A stretch of DNA of 10,369 nt from Candidatus Iainarchaeum sp. (GTDB lineage: Archaea; Iainarchaeota; Iainarchaeia; Iainarchaeales; CSSED10-239). This document shows positions 1-6,905 of this stretch, in pieces. The stretch covers positions 1-10,369 of the forward strand of contig JAQUVR010000006.1 in assembly GCA_028693335.1 (NCBI GenBank), written 5' to 3'. How positions within the stretch are numbered: the stretch's first letter is position 1; each line of letters starts with the position of its first letter. The notes beneath the pieces were generated by a model that saw only the letters and a list, made by a program, of their open reading frames with translations, did no database searches and had not been told where the DNA came from. A program made the position numbers and the translations under genes.

Positions 1-25
1 AAATAGATGTGTTTAAGAGAACAAA

Positions 26-30
26 AGGTG
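26..30 (+). promoter_or_regulatory. Shine-Dalgarno-like site (AGGTG) for orc1/cdc6
   Basis: AGGTG lies 7 nt upstream of the ATG at 38. It is complementary to the conserved archaeal 16S 3' end (..GAUCACCUCC..). Confidence 0.5.
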
Positions 31-37
31 TTAATTA

Positions 38-1246
38 ATGAGTGATAATATTTTTTATGAACTATTAAATCAAGATTCTGTTTTTACAGACAAATCAAAA
101 ATATCTCCTCATTATGCTCCAGAGAAATTACCTTTTCGTGATCAACAAATAAAAGATCTTTCTTTGTGGTTGGCACCAGCACTAAAAAAAGCAAAGCCAC
201 ACAACATCTTTATTTATGGTAAAGTGGGTACTGGAAAAACCACTGTTGTAAAACACGTAATAGATCAGTTAGAAAATTTTTCTAAAGATCAAAATCTTCC
301 ATTAAAAACTATTTATATAAATTGTAGAAATTATCAAACAAAATATGCAATTTTATTTTATTGTGTTCAATTGTTTTATCCAGATCTTAATTTTATTGGT
401 TATTCAAGATCTTTTATTTATGATAAATTTTTAACATATGTAAAAGAAAATAAACTTAATTTTATTGTTATATTAGATGAAATTGATAAAGTTAAAGAAA
501 TTGATGATCTAACATATACTTTGATTAGATCTAATGATGAAATAGATATTGGATCTGTTTCCATGATTGGAATATCTAATAACATATTTTTTAAAAATAA
601 TTTAGATTCAAGAACAAAAAGCACACTTTGTGAGCAAGAAGCGGTGTATCCTCCATATAATGCTGAGGAATTAAAAAGCATCTTAGGACAAAGAGTGGAT
701 CTTGCATTTAAAAAAGATGCGATAACTGACTCAGCAATAAATGCTGCAGCTGCAATTGCTGCAAAAGAATCTGGTGATGCTAGGCGTGCAGTTATGTTGT
801 TATTACGTGCAGGAGAGCTTGCTGATTTAAATAGATCTACACAAGTAACTGATAAAGAAGTTTATCAAGCAAAAGAAAAGGTTGAACTTGAAGTTATGAA
901 AAGTATGGTTTTGACTTTGCCATTACAATTACAATTAGTATTATTTGCAATTGCTCAAAGTTCTCTAAAGCCAAAAGGCATATTAAATTTAACTGGTCAA
1001 GCAATTGATTCAAATATCATCTATTCAGGAGAAATTTTTGATAAATATTCTGAAATTTGTGAAAACTATTGTGAAAAAGCAGTATCTATTAGATGGTTTA
1101 GAGAATATATAACAGAATTAGAAACCTACGGATTTATTTCTACAACAATTTCTGGAAAAGGAGTAAAAGGTAACACAACTTTAATAAAATTAGGAATAGA
1201 TGCACAAAGCATAGTTGATTTATTAGAAGAAGATTTTAAAAAGTAA
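38..1246 (+). CDS. cdc6: Orc1/Cdc6 replication initiator (AAA+ ATPase plus C-terminal winged helix)
   Basis: 402-aa ORF. Motifs: Walker A GKVGTGKT, Walker B ILDEID, sensor-1 GISN, sensor-2 GDARRAVMLL, and a C-terminal winged-helix-like ELETYGFISTTISGKGVKGNTTLIKLG. Ends in TAA. Confidence 0.93.
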   Translation: MSDNIFYELLNQDSVFTDKSKISPHYAPEKLPFRDQQIKDLSLWLAPALKKAKPHNIFIYGKVGTGKTTVVKHVIDQLENFSKDQNLPLKTIYINCRNYQTKYAILFYCVQLFYPDLNFIGYSRSFIYDKFLTYVKENKLNFIVILDEIDKVKEIDDLTYTLIRSNDEIDIGSVSMIGISNNIFFKNNLDSRTKSTLCEQEAVYPPYNAEELKSILGQRVDLAFKKDAITDSAINAAAAIAAKESGDARRAVMLLLRAGELADLNRSTQVTDKEVYQAKEKVELEVMKSMVLTLPLQLQLVLFAIAQSSLKPKGILNLTGQAIDSNIIYSGEIFDKYSEICENYCEKAVSIRWFREYITELETYGFISTTISGKGVKGNTTLIKLGIDAQSIVDLLEEDFKK

Positions 1247-1247
1247 T

Positions 1248-1265
1248 TTGTGCAATTTCGTACAA
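1248..1265. promoter_or_regulatory. Imperfect 18-bp palindrome TTGTGCAATTTCGTACAA, candidate operator or activator site
   Basis: The outer half-sites TTGTGC and GTACAA are reverse complements at 5 of 6 positions. The palindrome ends 10 bp upstream of the TATA box at 1275. It has the TTG...CAA outline typical of archaeal Lrp-family sites, and an Lrp-like gene follows directly. Confidence 0.3.
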
Positions 1266-1274
1266 TCTGTTGCG

Positions 1275-1283
1275 TTTATATAT
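1275..1283 (+). promoter_or_regulatory. TATA box (TTTATATAT) for the 1315-4833 gene cluster
   Basis: This is a consensus-like archaeal TATA centred about 36 nt upstream of the ATG at 1315. It predicts a short leader containing GTGA (1305-1308). Confidence 0.5.
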
Positions 1284-1314
1284 GTTTTTTTGCATAATTT
1301 ATTTGTGAAAGATT

Positions 1315-1851
1315 ATGCCAGAAACAAAAAAAATTATTGATCCTATAAGGGTAAAAATTTTATCAGCTATGAAACAAAAAGGCTCCGTTTCTCCAAATGT
1401 AAGACAAATAAAAAAAATTACTGGTTTTCATAGAGCAACAATAAAATCATCAATAGATTATTTGGAAAATACAAAATTTATTACTGGATATAGGCCATTA
1501 TTAGATCCGACAATTGTTGGAAATAAGTTAATTGTGTGGGCATTTTTAAATGTTGATTCTTCTGATAAAAATAATTTTAATGATTTTTTATCAAATATAA
1601 ATAAAACACCAGCACTTTTACATTGTTCAGAAGTAATTACTGATAAAGGTTATAATTTAGGAATATCTCATTTAGCAAAAAGTGTTGAAGACTATTATTT
1701 AAATATTCAAAAAAAATATTTTTTTAATAGCCCAAAAGTAAATCAATTAATAAAACAAAAAAGTATGTTTTATTTATCTGATCTAACATACAAACATCAA
1801 AATGAAATAGATGCAACAATCAATTATTTAGAAAGAGAAGTTGGTTTGTAA
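1315..1851 (+). CDS. Lrp/AsnC-like winged-helix transcriptional regulator with an extended C-terminal domain
   Basis: 178-aa ORF. The N-terminus IRVKILSAMKQKGSVSPNVRQIKKITGFHRATIKSSIDYLENTKFITGYRPLLDPTIVG matches the Lrp/AsnC HTH pattern (..kIL..L...g..s...ia...g.s...v...i..Le..g.I.gy...ldp...g). The following segment IVWAFLNV...LLHCSEVITDKGYNLGISHLAKSVEDYY looks like a RAM/AsnC effector fold. About 40 further residues are unassigned. Confidence 0.6.
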   Translation: MPETKKIIDPIRVKILSAMKQKGSVSPNVRQIKKITGFHRATIKSSIDYLENTKFITGYRPLLDPTIVGNKLIVWAFLNVDSSDKNNFNDFLSNINKTPALLHCSEVITDKGYNLGISHLAKSVEDYYLNIQKKYFFNSPKVNQLIKQKSMFYLSDLTYKHQNEIDATINYLEREVGL

Positions 1852-1870
1852 ATTAATTTGTGATTTGAAA

Positions 1871-2689
1871 ATGGATGTAGAACTTAATTATGAATTGTCT
1901 GCAGGAAAAAATGCAGAAAAAAAATATCAATTAAGAAATAAATATTCTCAAAAATTAAAAGGTGTGCTTTCTGCTATAGAAATTACAAAAAAGAAGATTA
2001 TTAATCAAGAAAAGGAAGAAGAAAATAAAAAAAACAGAATATCTCAATCAAAGAAAAATTTAATAAAAATTGAAACAAAACAAAAAGAATGGTATGAAAA
2101 ATTTAGATTTTTTTTTACAGAAAATAATTTTTTAGTAATTGGTGGAAGAGATTCAAAAAATAATGAAGTGTTAATAAAAAAGCATTTAGATAGTAAAGAT
2201 CTTTATTTTCACGCAGATATACATGGTGCACCACACGTAGTTTTAAAAAATCATTTAGAAAAAATAGAAGATATCTCTAAAGAAGATAAACATTCTGCTG
2301 CAATTTTTGCTGGTTGTTTTTCTAGTGCTTGGAAATCAAAAATTTATTCTGTTGAAGTTTATTCTACATTGTCAGATCAAGTTTCAAAAACAGCTAATAC
2401 CGGAGAATCTCTAAAGACTGGTGCTTTTGTAATTAGAGGAAAAAGAGAATATTATCAGATAGATCTAAAGTTAGGAATTGGTGTTAATGATAATAATCAA
2501 TTAATTTGTGGGCCTGTAGATTCTGTTAAAAAAACATGTAAGAATTATTTTGTTATCGTTCCAGGAGACATAAAAAAATCAGACTTTGCAAAAATAATAA
2601 AATCTGATTTTGAAAAAAAAGGATTAGATATATCGATAGATAAAATAATTTCAGTTTTGCCAACTGGTGAATTTGAATACAGTAAATAG
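1871..2689 (+). CDS. Truncated NFACT-family protein (coiled coil, NFACT-R/DUF814 and C-terminal domain; no NFACT-N)
   Basis: NFACT-R signature FLVIGGRDSKNNEVLIKKHLDSKDLYFHADIHGAPHVVLK (FHADIHGAPHVV at nt 2207-2242). N-terminal LSAGKNAEKKYQLRNKYSQKLKG matches the conserved '..NA..YF.kYkK.k' motif at the coiled-coil hairpin of RqcH/Rqc2. I prefer the ATG at 1871 (GTGAT 7 nt upstream) to the ORF-track TTG at 1841, which overlaps the previous gene. Confidence 0.8.
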   Translation: MDVELNYELSAGKNAEKKYQLRNKYSQKLKGVLSAIEITKKKIINQEKEEENKKNRISQSKKNLIKIETKQKEWYEKFRFFFTENNFLVIGGRDSKNNEVLIKKHLDSKDLYFHADIHGAPHVVLKNHLEKIEDISKEDKHSAAIFAGCFSSAWKSKIYSVEVYSTLSDQVSKTANTGESLKTGAFVIRGKREYYQIDLKLGIGVNDNNQLICGPVDSVKKTCKNYFVIVPGDIKKSDFAKIIKSDFEKKGLDISIDKIISVLPTGEFEYSK

Positions 2690-2700
2690 TTGTGATAATT

Positions 2701-4833
2701 ATGAATAATTTAGAATTAAAAGTCGTGGATTTAAAAGAGCAACATGTTGGAAAGAATATAGTATCTATTAGTATTTTTGCAAAACAAAAATTAAATGTGT
2801 TTTCTGGAGATGTTGTTTTAATTATTGGAAAAAAAACTACTGCTGCTCAAATTTGGCCAGAAAAAGAAACAGCCGGCCAAGAATATTTTATAAAAATGGA
2901 TAAATATACTCGTGAAAATGCAGGTGTTGAAATAAATGAAACTGTTGAAATAAAAAAAATTGATTCTTTTCAATCAGCAAAAAAGATTGTGCTTTCTCCA
3001 TTAATAGAAAAAGATTTAACTTTTTTTTCAAAAAACTATGATCTGATTATAAAAAAAACACTACTTGAAAGACCATTTTTTTATGGAGATATCTTACCAA
3101 TTAATTTTTTTGGAGTCTTATATGATTTTAAAATCACAGATATTTTTCCAATGACAAAAGAACTGCCATTGTTGTTAGATGAATCCACAGAATTAATAAT
3201 TAATTCTGCACCCATTAAAGAAATTTCTGAAAAATCAGAAATAACTTATCAAGATATTGGTGGATTACAAAAAGAGATCAGTGCTATTAAGGAAATGATA
3301 GAATTACCAATTAAATACCCAAGTCATTTTAAAAAAATAAATATTGTTCCACCAAAAGGAATACTTCTTTATGGTCCACCAGGAACTGGTAAAACACTAT
3401 TAGCAAAAGCAATTTCACAAGAGCTAAGTGCCAAATTTATATCTGTTGATGCACCACAAATTATGGCAAAATTTGTTGGAGAAGCAGAAGAGAAATTAAG
3501 AAAAATATTTTTAGCTGCTCAAAAAATGGCACCCGCAGTCATATTTATTGATGAGATTGATGCTATTGCTCCAAAAAGAGATAGTTTTGTAACAGAGGTT
3601 GAAAAAAGAGTTGTTGCTCAATTATTATCTTGTATGGATGGAATAGTAAATCGTGGACAAGTGGTTGTAATTGGTGCAACTAACAGACCAGAAGACATAG
3701 ATGTAGCTTTAAGAAGGCCAGGAAGATTTGATAGAGAAATTGAAATTGGTGTTCCAGACTCTATAGAGAGATTAGATATATTGAAAATACATACAAAAGA
3801 TGTTCCATTATCAAAAGACACAGATCTAAAAGAATTAGCAGACATTACACATGGATTTGTTGGTGCTGATCTTGCTGCACTTGTAAAGGAAGCAGGAATA
3901 TTTGCTGTAAAGTATGCAATTAAAAATAATATTAAGATAGATCAATTAAAAATAAAAAAAGATGATTTTTTACAAGCATTATCAATTATTCAACCATCTG
4001 GATTAAGAGAAATATTTGTAGAAATACCAAATGTTGAATTTGATTCTATTGGTGGATTAGATGATCAAAAAGAATTAATTAATGACATAATAAAATTAAC
4101 CATTCAAAAAAAAGAACTTGTAAAAAAAATGGGAATAACAGTTCCAAAAAATTTATTGTTAGTTGGGCCCCCAGGAACAGGAAAAACTATGTTTGTTAAA
4201 GCCTGTGCAAAAACAAACAAGATTAATTTTATTTATATTAAAGGGCCAGAAATTTTAAATAAGTGGCTTGGTCAAAGTGAAAAAGCAATAAGAGATATTT
4301 TTAAAAAAGCAAGAGAAGTTTCACCAGTAATTGTTTTTTTTGATGAGATTGATTCATTAACAATTAACAAAGGAAATTTTGAAAATGTTCCAAAAGTGTT
4401 AGATCAATTATTAACAGAACTGGATAATTTAATGAATCAGGATATTATTTTTATTGCGGCTACAAACAGACCAGATTTAATTGATAAATCTTTACTTAGA
4501 AGCGGAAGAATTGACAAGATTATTGAATTTAAATTACCAACTTTTGAAGATAGAAAAGAAATAATTTCCATTTTATTAAAAAACATTCCACACGCAAAAA
4601 TAGATGTTGATGATCTTTCAAAAGAAACAGATGGTTTTTCTGGTGCTGATTTGTATCTTTTAATTAATGATGCAACTGTTCTTGCAATTAAGGAAAAAAA
4701 TTATGATTTATCTAAATTAACTCAAAAACATATATTGACTATACTTTCAAAAATGAAAATTAATTTAAAAAAAAAAGGATCTGGAATTGATTCAATTTCA
4801 GATATAAAAAGATCTGCAAATTATATATCATAG
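2701..4833 (+). CDS. cdc48: Cdc48/VCP/VAT-type double-ring AAA+ ATPase
   Basis: N-domain-like start (VGKNIVSISIFAKQKLNVFSGDVVLIIGKK..ENAGVEINETVEIKK). D1: Walker A GPPGTGKT (3373-3396), Walker B IFIDEIDA, pore loop KFVGEAE, sensor GATN, RPGRFDR. D2: Walker A GPPGTGKT (4165-4188), Walker B VFFDEIDS, pore loop KWLGQSE, AATN, RSGRIDK. I prefer the ATG at 2701 (GTGAT 5 nt upstream) to the GTG at 2692. Confidence 0.93.
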   Translation: MNNLELKVVDLKEQHVGKNIVSISIFAKQKLNVFSGDVVLIIGKKTTAAQIWPEKETAGQEYFIKMDKYTRENAGVEINETVEIKKIDSFQSAKKIVLSPLIEKDLTFFSKNYDLIIKKTLLERPFFYGDILPINFFGVLYDFKITDIFPMTKELPLLLDESTELIINSAPIKEISEKSEITYQDIGGLQKEISAIKEMIELPIKYPSHFKKINIVPPKGILLYGPPGTGKTLLAKAISQELSAKFISVDAPQIMAKFVGEAEEKLRKIFLAAQKMAPAVIFIDEIDAIAPKRDSFVTEVEKRVVAQLLSCMDGIVNRGQVVVIGATNRPEDIDVALRRPGRFDREIEIGVPDSIERLDILKIHTKDVPLSKDTDLKELADITHGFVGADLAALVKEAGIFAVKYAIKNNIKIDQLKIKKDDFLQALSIIQPSGLREIFVEIPNVEFDSIGGLDDQKELINDIIKLTIQKKELVKKMGITVPKNLLLVGPPGTGKTMFVKACAKTNKINFIYIKGPEILNKWLGQSEKAIRDIFKKAREVSPVIVFFDEIDSLTINKGNFENVPKVLDQLLTELDNLMNQDIIFIAATNRPDLIDKSLLRSGRIDKIIEFKLPTFEDRKEIISILLKNIPHAKIDVDDLSKETDGFSGADLYLLINDATVLAIKEKNYDLSKLTQKHILTILSKMKINLKKKGSGIDSISDIKRSANYIS

Positions 4834-4839
4834 TTATTT

Positions 4840-5436
4840 TTAAACCACAAATAACAATAAAATTGGAATTGCTATACAAAGGCCCCACACAAGAGGATTC
4901 CAAGTTAATATTTTTTTCCCATCAAGTGGGCCAAATGGCAAAAGATTAAAGAAAGCAATCCACAAATTGATTCCAACACCGTATGTTACTATTAGCAATG
5001 GTGCTCTTAAAAGACCTGCAACAAAAAATAAAACGCCCATAGATAAATTAGCAACAGGCCCAGCAACAGAAATAATTCCATCTTCTTTTATTGTTAGTGT
5101 TTTTCCAAAGATATATACTGCGCCTGGAGCAACAAAAATAAAACCAAACAATCCAGAAAAAACAATTGCTAATGCTAAAAAAGGTAACCAAACAACAAAC
5201 TGTCCCTGTGCACCAAAATGGATTGCTGTGTATTTGTGTGCAAGTTCATGGACAATAAAGGATGTTGCTGTAATTAATAAGCTCAAAGCTAAATTTGTAA
5301 AAAAACCAATTAATGTAAAACTAAATCTGTTTGTAAAATAATCTAATACACTATAATTACCTAATGCGATTGTAAAACAAAAAGATATTGCAAGCCATGC
5401 AATAATTAGATCCTTTATTTCTGAATGTTTTTTCAT
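4840..5436 (-). CDS. Site-2 protease family (peptidase M50) integral membrane zinc metalloprotease
   Basis: 198-aa polytopic ORF. HELAH zinc motif (nt 5236-5250, minus strand) lies in a transmembrane segment, and the second M50 signature is NLLPFGPLDGKKI. The gene sits 26 nt downstream of tatD on the same strand, with GAGGA upstream. Confidence 0.85.
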   Translation of the reverse strand: MKKHSEIKDLIIAWLAISFCFTIALGNYSVLDYFTNRFSFTLIGFFTNLALSLLITATSFIVHELAHKYTAIHFGAQGQFVVWLPFLALAIVFSGLFGFIFVAPGAVYIFGKTLTIKEDGIISVAGPVANLSMGVLFFVAGLLRAPLLIVTYGVGINLWIAFFNLLPFGPLDGKKILTWNPLVWGLCIAIPILLLFVV

Positions 5437-5462
5437 GTGTAATCAGTTCCTCTATTTAATAT

Positions 5463-6197
5463 TTATATTTCAAACAATTTTAAAAAATTACTTTGTACCT
5501 TTTCTTTAACAAAATCTAGATCAAGATTGTAATCTTTACAGAAAACCTCATATGATTTTTTAATATCTGATATTTTTAATTCTTTATTATCATAGGAAAT
5601 AGGATAATCTGTTTCAATAAATATTTGATCTAAATTATCTTTGATATTAAATATAGTTGGTTTTGCGAATCTGTTTGTTAGATAATAACCCCTATCTAAT
5701 GCAATTTTTAGTTCTTCATTTAATCCACTAAACCAATGTAAAATTATTTTTTTGTGATTGGTTGTTGATAATATGTCTAATATCTTTTTTGTTGCATATC
5801 TTGAATGAATAATTACTGGCAAATCTTTTTTTTCTGCAATTTCTAATTGTTTTTGAAAAATAATTTCTTGTTCTTTTCTTTTTTCTTTGTTTTTTGTTAT
5901 TTTATAATCTATTCCAATTTCTCCAATAGCAATTGCATGATCAAAATTAATATTCTCTATTTGATCTAAACATGTGCTTAATGAGTTATTTAAAACAACA
6001 TCAGGATAAAGGCCATATGCAAAATAAAGTCCATCAATTTTTTCTAATCTGATGTTTTCATATTTGTTATAACTATCATATGAAACTGCTGCTGCAACAG
6101 ATATTTGATCAAAAGAAAATTCAAATTTAAGTTTATCAATTGGCACATCGTCATAATGACAATGAATGTCAATAAATTTTAAATCTTTGTTAACCAT
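5463..6197 (-). CDS. tatD: TatD-family metal-dependent hydrolase or nuclease
   Basis: 244-aa ORF carrying the TatD motif series: IDIHCH near the N-terminus, GEIGIDY, VIIHSR, LHWFSG and IETDYP. Confidence 0.85.
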   Translation of the reverse strand: MVNKDLKFIDIHCHYDDVPIDKLKFEFSFDQISVAAAVSYDSYNKYENIRLEKIDGLYFAYGLYPDVVLNNSLSTCLDQIENINFDHAIAIGEIGIDYKITKNKEKRKEQEIIFQKQLEIAEKKDLPVIIHSRYATKKILDILSTTNHKKIILHWFSGLNEELKIALDRGYYLTNRFAKPTIFNIKDNLDQIFIETDYPISYDNKELKISDIKKSYEVFCKDYNLDLDFVKEKVQSNFLKLFEI

Positions 6198-6206
6198 ATG
6201 TAATAT

Positions 6207-6830
6207 ATGCCAATACTTAATTTTAAAGAGTATAGTTTAGATATGCCAGAAGATGTTTATTTGCCTAGCGAAGACACTGACTTAATGCTAGCGGTTATTA
6301 AAACAGAAATAAGCAATCAAAATATTTTATTTAACACAGCTATTGAAATTGGTGCGGGAAATGGTTTTTTGAGTTTGTGTGTTTATGATTTTGTAAGGAC
6401 TATTTATTCTGTTGATATTAATCCAATTGTGGTTGATTATTTATTGCGCACAAAAAAAAAATATAATTTAGATAAACAAATCATTTTGCAATCAGATTTG
6501 TTTTCTAAAATTGATCAAAATCAAAAATTTGATCTTATTATCTTTAATCCACCATATGTCCCTTCAGAAGAAATAAGCACAGAAAAACAAACATCTGGAA
6601 TAGATCTTGCTGTTGATGGTGGTAGAGACGGGGCAGAAATAATCAATAAATTTATTGATCAACTATTTTTTTTTCTTTCAGATTCTGGGGTTTGTTATTT
6701 ATTGATCTCTTCATTAAATAAACAAAAAAAAATTGAAGAGTTATTAAAGAAAAACAACCTTTTTTTTGAAATTGTAGGTTCTAAAAAATTATTTTTTGAA
6801 GAGTTGTTTGTTTTAAAAATTAAAAAATAA
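6207..6830 (+). CDS. HemK/Mtq2-type N5-glutamine (release factor) methyltransferase, class I SAM-dependent
   Basis: SAM motif I EIGAGNGFLS, catalytic NPPY (6546-6557) in LIIFNPPYVP, and N-terminal VYLPSEDTDL typical of archaeal HemK-related methylases. Start is uncertain. ATG 6207 is the longest ORF, but ATG 6243 (MPEDVYLPSEDT) matches family N-termini better. Confidence 0.8.
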   Translation: MPILNFKEYSLDMPEDVYLPSEDTDLMLAVIKTEISNQNILFNTAIEIGAGNGFLSLCVYDFVRTIYSVDINPIVVDYLLRTKKKYNLDKQIILQSDLFSKIDQNQKFDLIIFNPPYVPSEEISTEKQTSGIDLAVDGGRDGAEIINKFIDQLFFFLSDSGVCYLLISSLNKQKKIEELLKKNNLFFEIVGSKKLFFEELFVLKIKK

Positions 6831-6865
6831 GCGTAATAACAATACCTTTAAAATAACTTAATTTC

Positions 6866-6876
6866 AAATATATATA
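6866..6876 (+). promoter_or_regulatory. TATA box (AAATATATATA) for the DRG-like GTPase gene
   Basis: Centred about 35 nt upstream of the ATG at 6906 in a 75-bp intergenic spacer. TATA-like strings are common in DNA this AT-rich. Confidence 0.4.
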
Positions 6877-6905
6877 CTGATTTTAAATTTAAATAATGAC
6901 TAATT

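Noticed and set aside
418-681. 87-aa ORF on the minus strand
   Set aside because: It lies entirely antisense within the well-supported orc1/cdc6 CDS. The sequence is low-complexity and Leu/Ser/Ile-rich, as expected from the reverse frame of an AT-rich gene, and it has no motif or SD.
1247-1314. Replication origin or ORB elements in the spacer downstream of orc1
   Set aside because: The spacer is only 68 bp and contains one short imperfect palindrome, one TATA box and an SD. It has no repeated ORB-like motif and no extended unwinding element, so it is better explained as a promoter and operator.
1841-1870. TTG start for the NFACT-R gene, as given in the ORF track
   Set aside because: It would overlap the preceding gene by 11 nt and add the odd peptide MVCKLICDLK. 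The ATG at 1871 has a GTGAT SD-like element 7 nt upstream, the same arrangement as at 2701. The upstream start cannot be excluded without N-terminal data.
2692-2700. GTG start for cdc48, as given in the ORF track
   Set aside because: This GTG is itself part of the TTGTGAT SD-like element, and the ATG at 2701 follows at an appropriate spacing. The difference is only 3 codons.
3618-3845. 75-aa ORF on the minus strand
   Set aside because: It lies antisense within the D1 ring of cdc48, has no recognisable motifs, and is a typical shadow ORF.
4967-5341. 124-aa ORF on the plus strand
   Set aside because: It lies antisense within the M50 protease gene, whose HELAH and NLLPFGPLDG motifs firmly fix the minus strand as coding. 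The plus-frame product is a Lys/Pro/Thr-rich mirror artefact.
6881-6897. TTTAAA/ATTTAAAT palindromic strings upstream of the DRG gene
   Set aside because: Short self-complementary A/T words are expected in this composition. There is no second copy or spacing pattern to suggest a binding site.
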